From positions 32,001 through 96,000 of IMG/VR virus record IMGVR_UViG_3300021400_000154: 64,000 bases of DNA. One strand, 5' to 3'. The stretch is from a virus (lineage: Duplodnaviria > Caudoviricetes). Shown here in pieces: positions 59,018-64,000 of this stretch. Every line of letters starts with the position of its first letter. Position 1 is the first letter of the stretch. The notes under the pieces were generated by a model. It was given only the letters and a program-made list of their open reading frames with translations, was not told the DNA's origin and made no database searches. Made by a program: the position numbers and the translations under genes.

Positions 59018-59102
59018 CGCGGAGTACAGGATTTGAACCTGTGGTATGTCGCCATACGACGGTTTTAGAGACCGCTGCAATAAACCACTCTGCCAACTCC
59101 GC
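59018..59102 (-). tRNA. amber-decoding tRNA (anticodon CUA) with serine-type body
   Basis: GCGGAGT-TG-GCAGAGTGGTTTATTGC-A-GCGGT-CTCTAAA-ACCGT-C-GTATG-GCGA-CATAC-C-ACAGG-TTCAAAT-CCTGT-ACTCCGC-G; anticodon at 59066-59068; long variable arm; G73. Confidence 0.92.
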
Positions 59103-59105
59103 ACA

Positions 59106-59190
59106 CGCGGCGTGGAGGATTCGAACCTCCGGAATCTTTCGATTCGACGATTTTCAAGACCGTAGCCTTCAGCCTCTCGGCCAACGCCGC
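59106..59190 (-). tRNA. tRNA-Ser(UGA)
   Basis: Acceptor GCGGCGT/ACGCCGC, loop CT-TGA-AA, variable arm GAATC-GAAA-GATTC, G73. Confidence 0.92.
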
Positions 59191-59194
59191 ATAG

Positions 59195-59268
59195 TCGAGG
59201 CGACAGGATTTGAACCTGCGGCCCTCTGCTCCCAAAGCAGATGCGCTACCAAACTGCGCTACGCCTCG
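59195..59268 (-). tRNA. tRNA-Pro(UGG)
   Basis: CGAGGCG acceptor; TCTGC-TT-TGG-GA-GCAGA anticodon arm. Confidence 0.9.
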
Positions 59269-59269
59269 T

Positions 59270-59644
59270 TTAATACCATTTACACGAGCAATCTTTGATA
59301 TTTGTTATTTCGAAAGTGAATTCTTTGATGAACATATCTTTTCGAAACACCTTATGCCTCTCATTGCCAATGTAAAATATGCAGTAGTCGTATGTATACC
59401 AACCACCGCTTCCATCGCATACTTGAAAAAAGCTACTTGCTTTCCATTCCGCATCTGACAACGAAGAATGAAACATTACATCTCCATTCGCAATGTCAGT
59501 TTCTCTATAAAGAGAAACTCCCGCTCTTCCATATACAAACTCGGACGGATCACACACAACATTTTCTTTTTCCCCTTTGCTGCGATTCCATCCTACAGCA
59601 TAAAGCTTATTGTCCACATTGGCCACAATGACATACAGTTTCAT
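59270..59644 (-). CDS. hypothetical protein inside the tRNA array
   Basis: AT-rich 124-aa ORF with AAGGAG RBS. Confidence 0.6.
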   Translation of the reverse strand: MKLYVIVANVDNKLYAVGWNRSKGEKENVVCDPSEFVYGRAGVSLYRETDIANGDVMFHSSLSDAEWKASSFFQVCDGSGGWYTYDYCIFYIGNERHKVFRKDMFIKEFTFEITNIKDCSCKWY

Positions 59645-59676
59645 AAAGCTCTCCTTCCTTTTGTCGCAAGCAAATA

Positions 59677-59749
59677 AGCCAGATCTGGGATTCGAACCCA
59701 GGTTTAAGCTTTACAAGAGCCTCGTTCTGACCAGCTGAACTAATCTGGC
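59677..59749 (-). tRNA. tRNA-Thr(UGU)
   Basis: GCCAGAT acceptor; AGGCT-CT-TGT-AA-AGCTT anticodon arm. Confidence 0.88.
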
Positions 59750-59757
59750 GATTGTTG

Positions 59758-60060
59758 TCACTCATTTTCTCTATTAACTTTATAGAGTTTTTCTCTTGCT
59801 TTTCTGGCTGTCTCTGCTCTCCTGAGTCTTTCTTCATCCGACAAATGACGCTTCTTTTTAGGCCTTAAACTCAGATAGTTTATAGGAAGTGTCGCATAGA
59901 TGCATCCCTGGTTGGACTCAGGCTCTGCGATAATCCGCACCTCGTCCGGGTGTTCCTGCTGCCACTTGCGGATGTTGTTAATAATACGTTTTTCTGTAGA
60001 GGAAACGTACATCACTTCGCCCTTGATATAGTTGCAGCATGTCTCGATCAACTCGCTCAT
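59758..60060 (-). CDS. hypothetical protein
   Basis: 100 aa; AAAGGA RBS; basic C-terminus. Confidence 0.65.
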   Translation of the reverse strand: MSELIETCCNYIKGEVMYVSSTEKRIINNIRKWQQEHPDEVRIIAEPESNQGCIYATLPINYLSLRPKKKRHLSDEERLRRAETARKAREKLYKVNRENE

Positions 60061-60092
60061 TCGCGTCGTCCTTTCTAATAAGTTATCAGAAA

Positions 60093-60675
60093 ATCAGAGG
60101 TCCTCTGATCAGCAAGCATTGCAGCCTTCGCCATACTTCCAATACCCTTCACACATGTTCGGTCACCGTGAAACCAGAGGCTGAGCCACAGGTAGCGACC
60201 CTGTAACTTCTCTGGCCTACCCAAAGGGACAAGCACGGAGGCGATTGACTACGCCTAAGTTTCAGCCAAACCATTCAGCAATAATCATATTATTATTAGT
60301 TAATGTCGCGTTGGCCTACTCCTACCCCAAACCTTACTCACAGGACATTTCTGCCCCTCCCGACACCGGTCGCGTCTTGGTGGCATTTCCAGAGTACCGA
60401 CAGTCGCCAGCTAACGTCTTTTCTGGATTCGTGGGCTGGTTGGGCCCCTTCTATTGTGACGCCGTAAGGAATGGTACCTTTGTGTGCGAATACGAAAGCG
60501 CGCAACCTTATCATTGGGCTTTGCTTTCAACCCTATCGCTGGCAGTTACCTGCTTCGCGTCCCCTCTTGCGAAAGTATCCCATCGCGAGAGACTGGATGA
60601 TGTACGGTCGCCCCAAGCAGTGTGGTTGGCACCTCTGCACTTGGGTCAATGCTTGCTGATCAGAAGACCTCTGAT
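60093..60675 (-). ncRNA. large structured ncRNA, ROOL/GOLLD-like candidate (583 nt)
   Basis: Ends form a 29-bp inverted repeat (60093-60121 with 60647-60675; one G-U); no credible ORF; inside a phage tRNA array. Confidence 0.6.
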
Positions 60676-61080
60676 CTTTTGAATGAAAGATGTCACGGAT
60701 ATTGTACACTATCCGTGACAAGATACGTCCCGAACGTTTCTTACCCTGATCGCAGGCTTGTTTTACAGGACGCACAGCCCCGAGGTAGGCATTACAACTT
60801 GCGCTAAGTTGCAAGAGGCCCCGGCAGCTTGATTCGGCGAGGTACATCCCCGCCCAATAGAGGGACCCAGCGCGTTTCACGCAGCCCAAACGGCAGTTAT
60901 TATGGCATACTGGCCCATGGCTCTCTTGTAGACCGACGCAGAATCCAGTCGTAACCGGATTCATTGGAGAGCAAACACGGTCATATGACTAACAGGATTT
61001 TGTTTGCAGGGTCGCACGTCTGCGTTGCCTGCGCCTTGAGTATTAAGTCCAATAAGGCTTCAGGACTCCTGTTAGGCAAG

Positions 61081-61151
61081 AGCGCGATACCGGATTTGAA
61101 CCGGTGACATCTGAGTGGAAGTCAGAAGTGTTGCCACTACACTAATCGCGC
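61081..61151 (-). tRNA. tRNA-Gly(UCC)
   Basis: GCGCGAT acceptor; TCTGA-CT-TCC-AC-TCAGA anticodon arm; U73. Confidence 0.88.
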
Positions 61152-61913
61152 AGAAGCCGCTGGTTGCGGCTTGTCGTCAAAGTAATGTATATCTGCGAGG
61201 ATTTCGTCTATGCGCTTTTCTACATCCTCGTCATATCGGATTTCGTAAAGCGGAATATTGTGTTCTTTGCAGTAGTCACGTTTGAGCTGATCTGTTTCTT
61301 CGCGTTGTTGTTTGCCAAAATCACCGCGATCTTTATAATGTTGTACTCCTTGATATTCTATCAAACACAGCGTTTCTTTGTTTTTGTTTTGCAATGCAAA
61401 ATCAAACTTAAGCATATAACCGTATTTGCTTTTCAGATCGCTAAACTTATATTGCGTAGAGAATTCTATGGATTTTTGAAGCAGTATTTTTCTTGTTGTT
61501 TCTTCGCCTATAGAAATGATGCATCCACAGCTAGTAGTGCTCCCATCTCGCAAATGATGACTACTTACTATTGTCTCATTTCCGCAATCACATTTGCATC
61601 TCCATGTTACGCATCCATTTTTATTCCTCCCGGAGCATTTACCAATAACCAACAAGTGTCCAAATCTTTTCCCCATTATATTTTTTACTTTTATTTTGCG
61701 ACTTAATTCTGATGCTTTTTGTCTGCGGTAGCACCCACAACTTTTTGTATCGCCTCTCAAAAGACTGGGCGATCTTACAGTAATTGTATTTCCACAAGAA
61801 CATTCGCATATCCACATCACGTCCTTGTTTCTTTTACTCAAATCTCGTTTTATAACTGTTAGACGTCCAAACGTCATTCCAGTTAAATCTTTCAAAGGCG
61901 GCAAAAAAATCAT
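61137..61913 (-). CDS. free-standing homing endonuclease (two DLTGxxFGRLTV..WxCxCxCG..TKSCGC repeats plus a PD-(D/E)XK/Vsr-like domain)
   Basis: Repeats visible in the translation; FDF...LIEYQGVQHY...KRDYC catalytic region; AT-rich; lies between tRNA-Gln and tRNA-Gly. Confidence 0.75.
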   Translation of the reverse strand: MIFLPPLKDLTGMTFGRLTVIKRDLSKRNKDVMWICECSCGNTITVRSPSLLRGDTKSCGCYRRQKASELSRKIKVKNIMGKRFGHLLVIGKCSGRNKNGCVTWRCKCDCGNETIVSSHHLRDGSTTSCGCIISIGEETTRKILLQKSIEFSTQYKFSDLKSKYGYMLKFDFALQNKNKETLCLIEYQGVQHYKDRGDFGKQQREETDQLKRDYCKEHNIPLYEIRYDEDVEKRIDEILADIHYFDDKPQPAASARLV

Positions 61914-61926
61914 CTCCTTATTACAG

Positions 61927-61998
61927 CTGGGGACAGTGGAGTCGAACCACTACTGTTTGAGTCAAAGTCAAATGTACTTGCCGTTATACGAGTCCCCA
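61927..61998 (-). tRNA. tRNA-Gln(UUG)
   Basis: TGGGGAC acceptor; TTTGA-CT-TTG-AC-TCAAA anticodon arm; G73. Confidence 0.88.
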
Positions 61999-62002
61999 TC
62001 AG

Positions 62003-62076
62003 TTGCCCTGCTGGGACTTGAACCCAGAACACACGGCTTATAAGGCCGCCGCTCTAACCGATTGAGCTACAAGGCA
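62003..62076 (-). tRNA. tRNA-Ile(UAU)
   Basis: TGCCTTG acceptor; GCGGC-CT-TAT-AA-GCCGT anticodon arm; A73. Confidence 0.85.
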
Positions 62077-62090
62077 GTAGTGTGGTATGG

Positions 62091-62345
62091 TTACCACACA
62101 GGATCGTAGTCGCCTACGTCAGAATCAGGGTCAATGCTCAGCTTGGCTTCGATAAAATCGGCCACGGCAGACTCCACAGCGTCGTGGAGAATGGGAACCA
62201 GTCTCTCCAGATCGCTTTTCGTCTTCGCGTACCGCTCCAGATAGCTGTCCAACATGATTTCAATTTCGAGAACGTCGCCGTTCAATGGAACCACTCCTTT
62301 TTTTCTTTCCATTACGTTCATTTTCGAGGTTGCGGATTTTGTCAC
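62091..62345 (-). CDS. hypothetical protein
   Basis: Acidic 84-aa ORF; start uncertain. Confidence 0.5.
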   Translation of the reverse strand: MTKSATSKMNVMERKKGVVPLNGDVLEIEIMLDSYLERYAKTKSDLERLVPILHDAVESAVADFIEAKLSIDPDSDVGDYDPVW

Positions 62346-62787
62346 CGTTCACCCTACCGTATTCCGCGATTAAAACAGCTTCAGCCATGCCGTCTGAAGG
62401 CTTTTTGCAGCGAGAAGTCGGCAAAAGAGAGAGTTCTGGATGCATTTCCTGGCATTTTTCAATGGATTTTTGCTTGTCCGAGCCCAAATCATAGGCTTTT
62501 TTCCATTTTTGAGGCGGTACAAGCAGGGTTTCAATGCCAAATGCTGCCAAAACTCCCTCGATGAAGCCCGCAGACTTGCCGAAGTTGAACATGGAGACCA
62601 CGCCTTGTCCCGGCATGGCTCCAACCTTCTCAACTACGGCATAAATCTGCTCTTCGTCGTGATTTTCGGCGATTTTTCGCATCTCCTGAACGAAAACCTG
62701 GTTATCCCATGGGAAAACCTATGCCCGGGTCTCCCCAAGAATCGCAAAAGCACCCTTCTGACCGGGATCAATGCCGATAACGGTCAT
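62260..62787 (-). CDS. RuvC-like Holliday junction resolvase (1 in-frame TAG)
   Basis: ATG 62787 overlaps the upstream TGA; MTVIGIDPGQKGAFA...RA*VFPW; VEKV, FNFG, PQKWKK, DGMAEA motifs; TAG at 62719-62721. Confidence 0.85.
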
Positions 62788-63047
62788 GATTCGGCCTCCT
62801 TTTCCAGTCTTGCGATCTCGCGGTCCAGATACCAGCGAGCTTTCTTCAGATCTTCGAGAGCGTCGAGCTTGTGGCCCGCCCTGGTAACGTATTTGACCAC
62901 GTTACCAAGGCAGAAGCCCAGCTTCTTGTCCTCAATGAAGTCGATCGTCTCGATTTTGCCGTAGGTGTAATGGGCGGGATGGTTCACGGGGTCGTTCTGG
63001 ACAACAGTGTCGTCCTGACGCGGGACAATAGCTGTAATCATGCTCAA
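62784..63047 (-). CDS. DUF3310 (SaV-like) protein
   Basis: DPVNHPAHY..IETID..GFCLGNVVKY..RAGHK..EDLKKARWYL. Confidence 0.8.
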   Translation of the reverse strand: MSMITAIVPRQDDTVVQNDPVNHPAHYTYGKIETIDFIEDKKLGFCLGNVVKYVTRAGHKLDALEDLKKARWYLDREIARLEKEAES

Positions 63048-63054
63048 ATCTCCT

Positions 63055-63273
63055 TTACTTGAACTGGCAAGACCGGATCTGGTACACCTCGTCCAGCCAT
63101 TCGTTCAGCTCATCGACTGTTTTGCCGAATCTTTCAGCAAGACAGTTCTCACAGGTCGGCGGTGTGCGAATCGCCCTGGAACAGCGCTCGTCCCACTTGT
63201 TCATGCGCTTCTTACACACGCTGCAGTACTTATCGGACCACTGTCCCATCTTGATTTGTCGGATATTGCTCAT
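63055..63273 (-). CDS. small Zn-binding hypothetical protein
   Basis: CxxC...CxxC; GGAGG RBS. Confidence 0.6.
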   Translation of the reverse strand: MSNIRQIKMGQWSDKYCSVCKKRMNKWDERCSRAIRTPPTCENCLAERFGKTVDELNEWLDEVYQIRSCQFK

Positions 63274-63285
63274 GCGAAAGCCTCC

Positions 63286-63969
63286 TTAGATGTGACAGTC
63301 AACAAAGTTCACGTAGGGATTCTCATCGGAGGAAACATACTCGGCCCACTCCTTAATGTAGCGCTTCAGGCTCTCCGGCGTGTCGTCACTGCAGGCGAAC
63401 CAGCCAACAGTACCGGGCGAATGCCACTCTCCGTCAGGCGTAACGAACGCATAAGGGTAGTTCCACTTCTCAACGAGCTGATATGTCTCTTCATCAGGAT
63501 AATCTTCCAGAAATCGCTCGGCATCCTCTTTCGAAATCGTTCCAAGGGGATCCTCGCCGGTATCGACAATCGTCAGCATGCGATTGTAGGTCTTTCTTGC
63601 GCTTCTCTCGCTGTAACCGGGCTCAGTGTAAAGGTAGTCGTTCTTTCGGCTATCTTCGCCAGCATTGCGCAGACGATCAAACTGCCAGTCTCCACCATCC
63701 AGCGTATACCAGTCCCACTTGGCATTAGGGTTCACCATAAAGCCAAGGGACCCATCCTCAGGCGAGTTAATGTAGCCCTCGTGGGTCAGAAACTCTTCGT
63801 ATGGGATCTCGGGACAATGTTTAGCATGGAAATCCTTCAGCCATTCGATCCTGTCCTCTGCCAGCGGAACAAAAGAGAAGTAATCGCTGTCAGTTTCGCT
63901 GTAAGGTGCGAGCAGTTCCTCGAATCCATCAGGATTATTGGAAAACACAGCAACTCTGTAGTGACTCAT
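63286..63969 (-). CDS. conserved phage hypothetical protein
   Basis: NPNAKWDWY..GG, YAFVTPDGEWH..G..GWF, VDCHI motifs. Confidence 0.7.
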   Translation of the reverse strand: MSHYRVAVFSNNPDGFEELLAPYSETDSDYFSFVPLAEDRIEWLKDFHAKHCPEIPYEEFLTHEGYINSPEDGSLGFMVNPNAKWDWYTLDGGDWQFDRLRNAGEDSRKNDYLYTEPGYSERSARKTYNRMLTIVDTGEDPLGTISKEDAERFLEDYPDEETYQLVEKWNYPYAFVTPDGEWHSPGTVGWFACSDDTPESLKRYIKEWAEYVSSDENPYVNFVDCHI

Positions 63970-64000
63970 ATGTTTCCTCCATCAAAATAGCGTGCATTCA

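Noticed and set aside
59018-59102. Pyrrolysine tRNA or Gln-type suppressor
   Set aside because: tRNA-Pyl has a very short variable loop and no pyl genes are in the window; a Gln body would have a short variable region and U1-A72, whereas this tRNA mirrors the adjacent tRNA-Ser
60840-60910. tmRNA (frame ending ...AVWAA-stop and a GGGGATGTA segment on the - strand)
   Set aside because: No tRNA-like T arm or CCA-type 3' end, and the elements are in the wrong order
60245-60964. ORFs 60245-60682 (+) and 60533-60964 (-) as genes
   Set aside because: No RBS, atypical composition, and overlap with a strongly base-paired non-coding element
60989-61075. Hammerhead/twister ribozyme or RNase P fragment
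   Set aside because: Required catalytic consensus sequences could not be matched by eye

Overview
This window is part of a large temperate siphophage genome with an SPbeta-like head/tail gene order. The host is probably Bacillota/Clostridia, judging from GGAGG RBSs, an LL-H-type holin and a tRNA-Cys attP. The + strand (1-50.2 kb) carries the late operon: terminase, fibre genes, portal, protease/scaffold, capsid, two tail-tube paralogues, a frameshifting tail chaperone, a giant tape measure, baseplate/fibres and lysis genes. An attP-like tRNA-Cys fragment and a tyrosine integrase follow. The - strand (50.5-64 kb) carries small early/middle genes, a tRNA array, a probable large structured ncRNA, a homing endonuclease and a RuvC-like resolvase. 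Main result 1: the phage reads TAG as a sense codon. Dozens of in-frame TAGs split essential genes, and real stops are almost all TAA/TGA. The window encodes an amber (CUA) tRNA with a serine-type body next to its tRNA-Ser(UGA) paralogue, and internal alignments favour TAG=Ser rather than the usual TAG=Gln. Main result 2: with TAG read through, the tape measure is one ~5,479-aa ORF. Its N-terminal part carries motifs of a YonO/cellular-RdRP-like two-barrel RNA polymerase (DG, R-x-x-G-x-KG, GRxP, GGDxDGD) and a PD-(D/E)XK nuclease, suggesting an injected RNAP-nuclease-tape-measure polyprotein. Also present: a group I intron in tRNA-Leu(UAA), and a 583-nt element closed by a 29-bp helix (ROOL-like RNA candidate). 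All calls come from manual reading; no database searches were run.
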